A stretch of DNA of 63,199 nt, the filler included, from Globobulimina sp. (taxonomy: Eukaryota): the NCBI GenBank assembly GCA_003354225.1. It is 33 parts of 33 records of this genome, joined end to end, with 100 filler letters (N's around TTAATTAATTAA, not from the genome) between each part and the next. Parts side by side here need not be neighbours in the genome. Positions count along the whole stretch, not along the records: positions 36,456 to 38,273 come from PIVH01011588.1; positions 38,374 to 40,191 come from PIVH01011589.1; positions 40,292 to 42,109 come from PIVH01011590.1; positions 42,210 to 44,027 come from PIVH01011591.1; positions 44,128 to 45,945 come from PIVH01011592.1; positions 46,046 to 47,863 come from PIVH01011593.1; positions 47,964 to 49,781 come from PIVH01011594.1; 26 more parts are not named here. One strand, 5' to 3'. Both the position numbers and the translations under genes were made by a program. Shown one piece after another: positions 37,092 to 47,973 of this stretch. A model generated the notes under the pieces. That model was not told where the DNA came from. It searched no databases and was given only the letters and a program-made list of their open reading frames with translations. The stretch's first letter is position 1. Each line of letters opens with the position of its first letter.

Positions 37092-38273
37092 ATGTCCCTA
37101 AAGGGGTTATTCGTGTTGGTAGTTGCAATAGCAATGTTTGGATTGTTTGGAATGTATTATGTTGCCAATCAAACTGAAATAAGTTCGACAAATATAACAG
37201 TAACAACGCCACAGTCGCCACTTGTAACAGCACCAAATATAACAGCACCAAATATAACAGCACCAATTATAACACAGCAATTCTCCAAAAATAGATCCAA
37301 TAAATCTATGGAATCCAATCATGCCAATCATGCCAATGAATCAATCGCACCCAACATGAATATTCCTAAAATTGTAATTGCGGGAAGAGCTCATTGCGGC
37401 ACCACGGCATTAAAGGCAACACTCAGATATTTCCAAGATATAGTCGATGGACCTGGAGATTGCCAATATTGGGAGTCGTGCGTTAACAAACCATTAACTT
37501 TAATTCCATACAATTACATTATTTCAGGTATATATGCACTACGCGGCCTCATACAATTGTACATTTAATTATTGTTTTAGTTTTATTAAATAGCACAAAA
37601 ACAACAATTTTGGAGATTATCAATCAACAATTTCTACCAATCATTAATTTCAGCGATCCAATATATTGGGATTTATCATATATTACAAACTATAAATATT
37701 CATTAACAATGAAACCATTTTATAATCCTCGCAATGTGCCATCACAAAATGAATGCACTGTAAACGCGATGCAACAGAGATGTTTTCCTCAGCCGATCAT
37801 AGAAAATGGAATTAATGGAAGTGCGATGGTGTTGAATAAAGTGACATCGTATATCAATTCACCTCATGCAATGCTGATATTTGCGCGATATTTCAGAGAC
37901 ACAAAGGTTTTGTGTATGATAAGGGATCCAATTCGAAGGATTTTGAGCGGAATTAATAGATATTGCAAGACGCAGAAAAAGGATGTCTGCAATGAATGGT
38001 GGTGGACTAAGCACATTGCACCAAACCTATGGCAGAATGAAGAAAAAATATACAGACAACTTGAGGATAGCTACAATGCATCAGATAAATATGAAAATGT
38101 TATGGTTTTATTGGGGATTGTATCCAGATACAATAATAACAGACAAAATGCTTCAAAAAGAGGAATGTCGCACTTCTGCAATTATTTGACAGTATTGTTG
38201 AATGTTAAGCTGTTTGAACATGAATCAGCATTACAAAATTTAGCGTTCATTCAATCCGAAGTGTTGCAGAGAA
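37092..38273 (+). CDS. Membrane sulfotransferase (heparan-sulfate ST-like), 3'-partial
   Basis: TM anchor, TAPNI stem repeats, IVIAGRAHCGTTAL 5'-PSB, MIRDPIRRILS 3'-PB; intron 37528-37580 in frame. Confidence 0.75.
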
Positions 38274-38373
38274 NNNNNNNNNNNNNNNNNNNNNNNNNNN
38301 NNNNNNNNNNNNNNNNNTTAATTAATTAANNNNNNNNNNNNNNNNNNNNNNNNNNNNNNNNNNNNNNNNNNNN

Positions 38374-39134
38374 TTGATTTTATGATGAAAGAAGAATTTC
38401 AAACATTAATAAGTCATTCTCTAAACAGAATAATGAGTCGATTGATGAAAGGATTTGGATTTGCAGCAAATTGCATTGCGGAACGAGTATTAGCATTTAA
38501 ATTAATTCGTATGGCTCAAACCGCATTGGTACAAAGGACGGAATTGTATGTTTTTGACAATGACAAAGATTCCACATTTTACAACTCATGGCCTATTGAA
38601 CGAGTCAGGGAATTATTGGATGCAAACTTTGTTGTTGTAATGGAGAAAGAATGCAATATTCAAATTGACAGAGAAGCCAATAAAGAAATGTTAATTCGAA
38701 GATTGATGGAACTTTTAATTTCAGTGGCTGTTGAACAACAAAAAGTTAATTTATTCGTGGCTAAATGGCCAAATTCTAACCATGATTGGAAATTGGATGA
38801 ATATAAACAGAAACAACAAATAATTAAACAATATGGTTCTGGATTGGTTAGTTATGAGATTGGTGTGACTGAGGAAATGCATTTAAGCAATGTACATCCA
38901 TCAAAATGGTTTGTTGCATTTAATGTATTGCGTATTATGGATTTTTATTGGAATAATGATGATTTTAAAAGAGTAAAAGCATGGAAACGCTGTGTGGTTT
39001 GTGATGAAAGAAATAATAAATTGAAACATATTAAATTAAAGAAATGTAAACAATGTCAAAAATATTGGTATTGTTCACGAAAGCATCAAAAACTGCATTG
39101 GAAGCGCGGACATTCTTATTTGTCACAGTTGTGA
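38374..39134 (+). CDS. MYND zinc-finger protein, 5'-partial
   Basis: C-terminal CVVC...KKCKQC...WYCSRKHQKLHWK..H. Confidence 0.85.
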
Positions 39135-40443
39135 AAAACAGCTTATTTTGGGATTCATATTTGAACATACTAGCAAGGCGTTCATATCACTAGAATTTCA
39201 ATATTATATTATGTAGTTGTTGTATATAAACATAACAACAATTCTGTCACATTTTCGCGAGATTTGAGAAGGCAGATCATTGTGTATTCATCTTTCCAAT
39301 GTACACGCTGATCTGACAATATTCTGCATGCGTACAAATGGAAACATCAACACATTATTTCTGATTTATAAGCAACCCACATATTCTGATTTATAAACAC
39401 CATAAAACCACCATGAATCCATAAATTCGTTACCTAGCTCATCATACGCAAATGCATGACGCAAAAATAAAATTTAAACAATATGTAAACATTAAACACC
39501 CATAAAATAGTGCCATAACACAATTCAATATCATTAACCAGTGCGTAAACAATATGTACCAATTCAATACAAGAGTACCAGCTATTAAAAACATGGAATT
39601 ATAGGTAACATTCCATAACAAGCCAGCAATTAAGACTCCATTGGATGTAACAAAGAAGCGCATAACCCCCTTTTATCCCTGTATAAAGCCTGTAATCACA
39701 GAATATGCCCAAAACACATAAGCAATTCCAAACATGTCATGAAACCAATATTATATTGAATACTTATTATGTTTGATCTTACAGACAATGATGGATATTA
39801 ATCCATAGTTTTTATAAATTGCATATTATCCTTTGTTTTCTGTTGCTGTTTCATTCCATTAGATAGCGAATTTAAGCGTAATGTTTATAGCCATTACCAA
39901 CTAATACGTACTGCTATTTACGTTTTTATCAATATTTGTTGTATCTGTTTGTATTTCGAGCATTGTATACCTGTTTGATTTCGATGGTTCATTGTTGACA
40001 AATCTCGCGAAAATCATTAGAATAAGTTCAAAGGTTATATGGAGACTGGTTTATAGCGTTGGTTTGAAATCTGTCGTACGGCACCTCGATAAATTTGAAG
40101 TTCCGAACATTTCCAAAACTTCACAACTGTGAGTTATAGGATAAGGTTGTTAATCTGAAAAAGTTTGCGATTTTCCGGATTATGTTACCTTNNNNNNNNN
40201 NNNNNNNNNNNNNNNNNNNNNNNNNNNNNNNNNNNTTAATTAATTAANNNNNNNNNNNNNNNNNNNNNNNNNNNNNNNNNNNNNNNNNNNNAACGTAGCG
40301 ACGACATGTTGACTGAGGTTTGATAAAATGTTGTTTGAAAACTTTTTAACAAAAATATAGAATAAATGTACTAAAATATATGTCGACTCAATTGGAATTA
40401 TATACATATTTGTACACACACATGACATATTATACAATAACGA

Positions 40444-42109
40444 TTAAAATATGTTAATCTTTATTTTCTTATTTAGATGCAATGATTTAATTTGTTGTTC
40501 GACTTGAATTGATTTCTTATATGATTGAGTCATGATGTTAACCGTTATTAAACTTACAAAACCACAATTTATTACATGTTCAATTTGTTGAATATCGTCA
40601 AAACCATCGAATGTCAATTCCCTAACTAAAAATGTATTGTGCCGATTTGTCTGTTTCCATTCATAAAATCCTAAATCAAGCGGGGAATATTTTGCCTTTT
40701 TAATAATTAAATGCTTGACCGATGATGGCAAATTCTCAAATAAATTAAGAATGCAATCATATGCATTATCAGGCTGAATTGATAATATTTGAACATTTGT
40801 TTTATTTTGATCTCGAATTGATGGGTAATTATCAATTAAAGAAGCATCCATTTCAATTTTCGCAACTTTTGCAAATAAAATCCTTAATGATTCAACATCT
40901 AATTTTCGTTTTGATCCTATATCTTTTATAATTAATTCATTTGCTATAATATCTGCAATAATATGCAATGTCAATCTATCTATGGCATCCACGCAAACCC
41001 CCAATGTACGTAAACCACTGAAATGACTCTTCAATGCATATAAAAAATGTGGCGCCCATGCAATTGACTTATCATATAACCTCAAATCGGTCACAAGAGG
41101 GCATAACGCGGAAACAAACTCATTTTTTATCTGGAAAGGTACAGATTTCACAATAAATGTTTTCATCGCAACCAATGATCGAAGCAAATTAATTAATCCA
41201 TCCTGCAAATCGCTGCTAAATGTATCCGTATCGCTGTCAATGTTAATAACTACAGTTTGGAGATTTTCTTTATTTTCCAAATATGCTTTTAATTGTTTCA
41301 AGCAAATGGAGAATAGCCAATCTTTGGATGCTGCACCGCAGCGAATGTTGAATTCTCTTAAACCATAAGGATTATTATATCGAAATAATGCTTGCTTTGT
41401 CAATATATTATCATTTCCAATAAATGTAACAAAATCTGCGCCTAATTCAAGATTCCAATTCGAAATCGATAGCGTTGTAAAAACAGGCGCTCTTTCAACA
41501 ATCCATTTATATAATAATCGATTCGAAATCGGAATCAATGTCGATACAATTTCTCGAAAACCTAAACTTTCGTATATACCGTCGCTGGCAGACGAACATA
41601 AAAAATCTAAATACACAAAAGTGCGCACATAAACTGCGTTTTGTGGCATTATATTTCTTTTTTTGCGACCAAAATTTATTTTTCTCGCTGATTTTTTCGG
41701 TGCGCTTCGCCTTTCGACGGTAACTAATCGCGGCTGAGGTTTCGATGGTTGCTGTTTTGGTAAACCATAAGTCATTTTCCGCACTGCTTTTTTCGGTGTC
41801 GTTTGTCTTTGAACGTTGGCTAATTGCTGCCGAGGTTTTGACTGTTGCTGTTTTGGCAGTGCTGGAAGTACTGATTGCTGCTTGGCTGCATTTAATAGTT
41901 TGATATATTTAAGTATTTTCTTCCTATGTCCAATCTTCTGCACACCAATTTCTCTCAAATCGTCTTGATTCATATCAGCGATTATATCCAAATCATCATA
42001 TCCATTCTTTACAAATAGCTGAAAGTACTTGGGTTTTAATCTGATTTTTTCTGCAAACCAAACCCTTACTTTGTCCGCTTCCGGAATTTTCCCATCAGCG
42101 TCTGCAATA
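40444..42109 (-). CDS. SAM-domain protein with LRR-like C-terminal region, 5'-partial
   Basis: YFQLFVKNGYDDL..IADM...DLREIGVQKIGHRKKIL SAM motif; Q/P/K linker repeats; leucine-periodic C-terminus. Confidence 0.75.
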
Positions 42110-42209
42110 NNNNNNNNNNNNNNNNNNNNNNNNNNNNNNNNNNNNNNNNNNNNTTAATTAATTAANNNNNNNNNNNNNNNNNNNNNNNNNNNNNNNNNNN
42201 NNNNNNNNN

Positions 42210-42351
42210 AATGATCTAAAAAAAATAATCGATCAGGCAATATATCAATATAATCTGTTAACTTTTCAATTAGATTTGCAACTGTATCATTATATTCATT
42301 GATGAGATGATCTTCATTCTCTTCATATTCTTCAGTTAAAAATGTTTTCAT
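42210..42351 (-). CDS. Small acidic phage hypothetical protein, partial
   Basis: AAGGA RBS before ATG; divergent from 42485 ORF. Confidence 0.55.
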
Positions 42352-42406
42352 ATCGTTCCTTTTTTATTTATTTTAACATTATTTTTATTTTTATTTACGA
42401 TTACTG

Positions 42407-42435
42407 TTGACAACATTAAATATGTGTGTTACATT
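42407..42435 (+). promoter_or_regulatory. Sigma70-type promoter
   Basis: TTGACA (42407-42412), 17-nt spacer, TG-extended TACATT; AT-rich upstream tract; AAGGAGG RBS downstream. Confidence 0.7.
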
Positions 42436-42484
42436 TAAATCATAGATCAAGATACATAAATAACATTAATAAAGGAGGACAAAC

Positions 42485-42928
42485 ATGTTAATGTTAACTG
42501 AAGAAGATTTAAATACAATTAAAGTTAGATCGTTTAATGATTTCATCGACAAATTAATTGAAGATGAAAAAAATGATGTTTTTTCTGAAAAAAGAGATAA
42601 AAAACACAGAAAAAATAAAAAACAATGTATTAAACAATGTATTAGAAGGGAGAATCTTATGATGATTATTGAAGAATTATACAAAAAAGAAATTAAAACA
42701 AAAAGAGCGCCAATATTTTTCATGGGAGGAAGACAATACGGTTGTAAAATTCAATGTAACATTATAAAATATATATACCTACTTAATAAAACCGGATTTG
42801 ATTATAAATTGCCATGGAGCAGAACTCCTGAACCTTCATTTTTAACAACTAACAAAAATAAAATAATGAGACATGCTAAAAAAGTAGTTGATCAATATAA
42901 AGCAGAAAGAAAATTATTGAATAGTTAA
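42485..42928 (+). CDS. Basic phage hypothetical protein
   Basis: Strong RBS AAGGAGG, 147 aa Lys-rich ORF with own promoter and terminator. Confidence 0.75.
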   Translation: MLMLTEEDLNTIKVRSFNDFIDKLIEDEKNDVFSEKRDKKHRKNKKQCIKQCIRRENLMMIIEELYKKEIKTKRAPIFFMGGRQYGCKIQCNIIKYIYLLNKTGFDYKLPWSRTPEPSFLTTNKNKIMRHAKKVVDQYKAERKLLNS

Positions 42929-42932
42929 AATT

Positions 42933-42967
42933 AAAATCCCTATTAGTTAATTTCTAATAGGGATTTT
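42933..42967. terminator. Bidirectional intrinsic terminator
   Basis: AAAATCCCTATTAG-ttaattt-CTAATAGGGATTTT hairpin between convergent stop codons. Confidence 0.85.
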
Positions 42968-42968
42968 T

Positions 42969-44027
42969 TTATTCTTCCATCATTGAAAACATATCATCTT
43001 CATCTTTTTTTAATTGTTCTGCTACATCAAATTGATGATCTAATTCTTCAACTTGACTTTTCATCTCAACATCTTCATCAATCCTTTTCTCGATGAAATT
43101 ATTTTGATTCTTTTTCATTTTTTCTATTCTCAAAATAGTTTCAGGATTGTTATTCAACAATAATTCATGCGAAAATTGATGTCCTGACGAATCTCTTATC
43201 CTGGAATACACAAATTCAGTTAAAACAGGAAAGAAATAATCAATTGTTCCTGTTACTCTGTTCTTTAATATTTTCCAAATTTGATATCCTTCATTCCTCA
43301 TTTCTTCATTACTAATGATGCCAATAATTAAATCTGCTGTATAAATTACGCCAACAGAATCAGAAACATTTGTGTAATTAAGATTGCTACTATTCATTCC
43401 TTCACGATTTGTTTGAATAGCTGTTAACCCAGCAACTTCTCTTTTTACACATAACCCACGAAACTCTTCAATAATTGCCTTAACTACCATGTAACTATTT
43501 GCATCTTTAATTCTAACACTCGCCATTATAGAAAGATAATCACAAGCAACTATTTTCGGTTCAAATCCTGTTCTTAATTTCCAATCATCAAGAGTTTTAT
43601 CAAAATGATTAACATTAGCATAACCTGTAGGAAATTCCTCAATCATCAATTCGCCATATGATTGATGTTTTAATTTTAGTAATTCGGATTTGAATAAATC
43701 TTTATCAGTGTATTTGATATCATTAATTTCAATACCTAATAAATTTGCCTCAACTCTTTTTGATATCTCTTCCTTGCTCATTTCCATAGTAAAATAAGCA
43801 CAATCTTTTCCTGTTCTTAATGAATCCGCAATCAAAGATATCATTGCTAATGTTTTACCTGTTCCAGATGGAGCCATAACAACAGATACAGCTTTTTCTT
43901 TCAATCCTCCACAAGAAAGATCAAATGATTCCATTCCTGTTTTGTGAACTTTTGCATCTTTTCTATATTCCTCAAATCTTTGTTCTATACATTCCTCATC
44001 AAAAAAATTAATTCCAACATCAGAATT
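42969..44027 (-). CDS. T4 gp41-like (DnaB family) replicative helicase, 5'-partial
   Basis: TG...FD....GG, Walker A APSGTGKT, YFTMEMS.EEI.KR.EANL, EFPTG.A.VNHF, CDYLSIM.S.R, TAIQTNR.G, LKNR. Confidence 0.92.
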   Translation of the reverse strand, partial: NSDVGINFFDEECIEQRFEEYRKDAKVHKTGMESFDLSCGGLKEKAVSVVMAPSGTGKTLAMISLIADSLRTGKDCAYFTMEMSKEEISKRVEANLLGIEINDIKYTDKDLFKSELLKLKHQSYGELMIEEFPTGYANVNHFDKTLDDWKLRTGFEPKIVACDYLSIMASVRIKDANSYMVVKAIIEEFRGLCVKREVAGLTAIQTNREGMNSSNLNYTNVSDSVGVIYTADLIIGIISNEEMRNEGYQIWKILKNRVTGTIDYFFPVLTEFVYSRIRDSSGHQFSHELLLNNNPETILRIEKMKKNQNNFIEKRIDEDVEMKSQVEELDHQFDVAEQLKKDEDDMFSMMEE

Positions 44028-44249
44028 NNNNNNNNNNNNNNNNNNNNNNNNNNNNNNNNNNNNNNNNNNNNTTAATTAATTAANNNNNNNNNNNNNNNNN
44101 NNNNNNNNNNNNNNNNNNNNNNNNNNNAACCAATGACATGAAGCAGAGAATGATTTCATTACATTCCATCTTGTACTCGGACCAGCACTAATTTTAAATG
44201 ATTCAACCATGATACCAAAAAAAACAGTTTAGGTCAGGTCAGTTTAAAC

Positions 44250-45945
44250 ATGGCAATTGTAGAGCGAAGATGTCCGTTGTTATTATGTCCATTGGACTCA
44301 GAATCAACACCCAAAATCGAAGATATATCCTCCACATTAGAAAAAGGAAGCGAAGATGAAAAAATTAAAGCATTAAAAAAAATTATACATTGCATCATAT
44401 CCGGTATTGACATGAGTCGCTTAACCATGCAAATAATCAAATTTTGTTTACGTTCGAAATCGCATGAAATAAAAAAATTATTGCAGATTTTTTGGGAAGT
44501 ATTAGATAAAAAAGATTTAAATTCTGGCAAATTAAAACCAGAAATGATTTTAGTTTGCAATCATTTATTAAATGACCTAAAACATTCCAATGAATATATT
44601 CGCGGCTCAACCTTACGTCTTTTATGTCGCATCGACGAGCCTGAAATTTTAGAACAATTAATACCGCAAATAATCCAAAATCTAGAGCATCGACATAGTT
44701 ATGTTCGAAAAAACTCAGTCTTGGCCATCATGTCCATTGTTACAAATCATCCATATCTTATCCCGGATGCATCCCAGCGGATTTATCAATTTTTGGAGCA
44801 AGAAACCAATAATCTATGCAAAAGAAATGCCTTCCTATTATTAACCAACACAGACTTACAAAACTCGCTTAAATTCTTCATCAACAAAATCCAAGATCGC
44901 ATTACAAATTACCCCGAAACAATGCAGATCACCATCTTAGAGTTAATGCGCAAAGTCTGCCGTTCCTTACCTGTGCCCAAATCCATATTTGTCAAATGCG
45001 CCGCCAAATTATTAGACTCCCCCAGCAATTGCGTTATCTACGAGGCTGCCAACACATTGCTGTCCCTCACGCCCATCGACAGCGCGGTCAACAAAGCCAT
45101 CGAGTCCTACACTCGCTTATTACAATGCGAATCGGACCAAAACGTAAAGTTAATTGTCATAAATCGCTTAAAAACGCTCATCCACAAAGGCTACGAACGC
45201 AATCTACGCTTAAACATCATGGACATACTACGCGGCCTTTCCACGCCTAACATCGATGTCCGTTCGTCCATACTGCAATTAATATTATCGCTGGCCTCTG
45301 CCAATAACATCCAAGACATCATCAACACGCTCAAAAAGGAGATCATCCAAATCAACAACAACCTCACCATGGACATCTCCAACCACAATCACAACATCGA
45401 GTACCGGAACTTATTGGTGGAGACCATCCATCAGTGCGCCGTCAAATTCCCGCAGGTCGCCTCCAATGTGGTGCATTTGTTGATGAACTACTTGGGCGAC
45501 GAGCCCATTATTCCCGTGGCGCAGCCGCAGGCTCCCATTGTTATCCATACTGAGGATGATGACAAGATGGCCGACGATGATGAGGAGACGCAGGAGCTCA
45601 AAAAAGATATGGTTTCGCCGCAACAACAGCACCAGAACAAGCATAAGGGAAAGACGCATCATTCTGCTGCTTACGACGTGATATTGTTTGTGAAGGAGAT
45701 TGTGGAGGAATACCCGGATTTGACTTCGTCGATTTTGGATAAGTTGTTAGATTCCTTCAACGAGATTCGCAATGAGCAAGTTTACCGCGTCTCGTTGTGG
45801 ATTTTTGGCGAATATTGCCATTCCAAGGAGATTATTATCAAAATCATTGATAAGATCTGCCAATCGATTGGCGAGTTGCCGCTGATTAAAACAGCGCAGC
45901 AGGCAAAGAAACAGGACGCGGAGAAGGAGGCTGTCGGGAAGAAGG
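44250..45945 (+). CDS. COPB1: Coatomer subunit beta, 3'-partial
   Basis: GKLKPEMILVCN.L.NDL.H.NEYIRGSTLR, LEHRHSYVRKN, SDQNVKLIV, IH.CAVKFP.VA..VV.LLM, LWIFGEY. Confidence 0.96.
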
Positions 45946-46045
45946 NNNNNNNNNNNNNNNNNNNNNNNNNNNNNNNNNNNNNNNNNNNNTTAATTAATTA
46001 ANNNNNNNNNNNNNNNNNNNNNNNNNNNNNNNNNNNNNNNNNNNN

Positions 46046-46597
46046 TATTCCTTTAAAGATAAATTGTTTGTACGCATTCCTGGCAGCACAGGGCTGTTTA
46101 TCGAAATTAACCAAAACTTTCTCGCCATTCTGCCATGTATGATCATATACTCCCATGATGTTTCCATGGCCTGAAAACGGATACTGTTCCAGTTGATCCA
46201 GATCCTCAACCAGTCTTACCCTTAGTGGATTCAAATGGATATACCGTACAAGCTCAAGAAGATAGGTGTCTTCCTGGCACAATATTGATTTATACCGGTT
46301 TTGAAACAAATGACCGTGTCGTTTATGCCGCTTATTATACCTTACGGCATGACCTGTCAGCAATCGCCTCATCACGGTAGCTATTGGATTTGGGCCCGTT
46401 CTTAGTAAAAGATGAAAATGATTTGGAATTAGTGCCCACGCATAGCACTCTGTCTAGGTTTGCTCGAGGATCAATCCTAAATTTTTTATAAAGTCATATC
46501 GGTCTTGATCGTCCTCGAATATTCTACGGCGTTCAATACCACGTACAATAATGTGGTGAAGCGCTCCTGTAATGTCAATTCGTGATTGTCTGGGCAT
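46046..46597 (-). pseudogene. REP-associated tyrosine transposase (RAYT, IS200-family Y1) with in-frame TAG at codon 48
   Basis: MPRQSRID..GALHHIIVRG..RR.IF.DD.DR...T*TECYAWALIPNHFHLL (HUH)...GHLFQNRYKS...YIHLNP; TAG at 46454-46456. Confidence 0.88.
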
Positions 46598-46630
46598 GCC
46601 AAAAACGCTATCAGAATCAAACCCTTTGAT

Positions 46631-46691
46631 CAAGTTAATAAGTTAAGGGCGTCCCCTCTTTCCGCAAGTTAATAAGTTAAGGGCGTCCCCC
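46631..46691. repeat. Tandem 27-bp repeat CAAGTTAATAAGTTAAGGGCGTCCCCT x2, probable REP/end sequence of the RAYT
   Basis: Perfect copies at 46631-46657 and 46665-46691, 34 bp upstream of the transposase ATG. Confidence 0.8.
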
Positions 46692-46817
46692 TTCTTCGCC
46701 TGTAAGGCCAGGCAGATTACATCTTATCCCGGGATCCCCACTTAAGGAACCTCAAGCATTACCAGGGTATACAGATCATTGATGCGACTACGTTTATGAG
46801 TAAAATTAGCGTATAAT

Positions 46818-47108
46818 TCACGTTTTAAATAGCTTTTTCCCTATTAGAAACGGAAAATAGATTGAAAATAAAAACAATACCACATCAAACAAAAAGAAAT
46901 CTAATGCAGTTAATTTACCAATGAGCAACCCCAAACAGATGGCAATTAACATAGAAAATAAAATAAAACTGACTGTATCCATATTAAATCGCACTTTTTT
47001 GTGGCAATGCATACAAAACCTATTAATCCAAAAGGGAGAAGGAAATATAAAGAACTCCCAAAGCCTGAAAACCTGTTTATTGCAGTGTGGACACTCAAGA
47101 CCTTTCAA
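46818..47108 (-). CDS. Putative immunity protein: CxxC...CxxC Zn ribbon plus two TM helices
   Basis: Small ORF directly after the RHS gene, GGAG RBS before TTG; CPHC...CMHC then two hydrophobic segments. Confidence 0.7.
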   Translation of the reverse strand: MKGLECPHCNKQVFRLWEFFIFPSPFWINRFCMHCHKKVRFNMDTVSFILFSMLIAICLGLLIGKLTALDFFLFDVVLFLFSIYFPFLIGKKLFKT

Positions 47109-47167
47109 TTAATATTATCTCCAATTTAAAAATCATTATTAACGTTCCAATTCAGTTGGCATGTCTA

Positions 47168-47863
47168 CTATTTTAGATACCAATGTCGATCATCGTGATA
47201 AGTCCTTGATGTTCGAGTTTTGGCCTTTGTAGCTGTAGAATAAGTTCCCAAACCCATACTCTTAAAAAAACCAATACTGCCCCCTTTTATTCCCCCCAAA
47301 GGTCCAGCTGCTGGGTCTTTCCATATAACCTCTATACTTAAAGGACCAATAGTAAATCCAGATGATGCAGTTTCACATTCAAAATCTTCCATATCATCTG
47401 TAGTAAATCCAAAAACGATGCCAGCACCAGCTGCTCCTCCGACCATAGCACCAGCGCCACCAACAGCGGCGACACCTTCGACATCATGTCCAGCTCTATT
47501 TGTACCACTCACAACAAGCAAAGAGCCTGTGTACATATTTGGTTCATCTAATGTAGTTTTAGTAATATTAATTTCGCTAGCAGTAGCACTGCCTCCATAG
47601 TAGAAGACGTATAAACCTAGCGGATCGATATAATTGATTGGATTCGTATTCGCGTAGACAAAAGGATTGATCCCCCCGGCCAACCCAATCGGGTCAGGCG
47701 TCATGTATCTGCCGGTATCAGGATCATAATAGCGGTGGTAATTGTAATGCAGCCCGGTCTCATCGTCGTAGTATTGGCCCGGGAATCTAAAATCATTCTC
47801 AATTATATTACTATTAATATTTGCTACTCCATAGGGCGAATAGCTTGCAGACCAAACCACTTG
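47168..47863 (-). CDS. rhs: RHS repeat-associated core with C-terminal putative toxin domain, 5'-partial
   Basis: RFPGQYYDDETGLHYNYHRYYDP.TGRY.TPDPIGLAGG.N.F.YA..NP....DPLGL followed by a Gly-rich extension. Confidence 0.95.
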   Translation of the reverse strand, partial: QVVWSASYSPYGVANINSNIIENDFRFPGQYYDDETGLHYNYHRYYDPDTGRYMTPDPIGLAGGINPFVYANTNPINYIDPLGLYVFYYGGSATASEINITKTTLDEPNMYTGSLLVVSGTNRAGHDVEGVAAVGGAGAMVGGAAGAGIVFGFTTDDMEDFECETASSGFTIGPLSIEVIWKDPAAGPLGGIKGGSIGFFKSMGLGTYSTATKAKTRTSRTYHDDRHWYLK

Positions 47864-47973
47864 NNNNNNNNNNNNNNNNNNNNNNNNNNNNNNNNNNNNN
47901 NNNNNNNTTAATTAATTAANNNNNNNNNNNNNNNNNNNNNNNNNNNNNNNNNNNNNNNNNNNNACAACTCGCC

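Noticed and set aside
46631-46691. Mini CRISPR array
   Set aside because: Only two repeats with a 7-nt gap and no cas gene; better explained as RAYT-associated repeats
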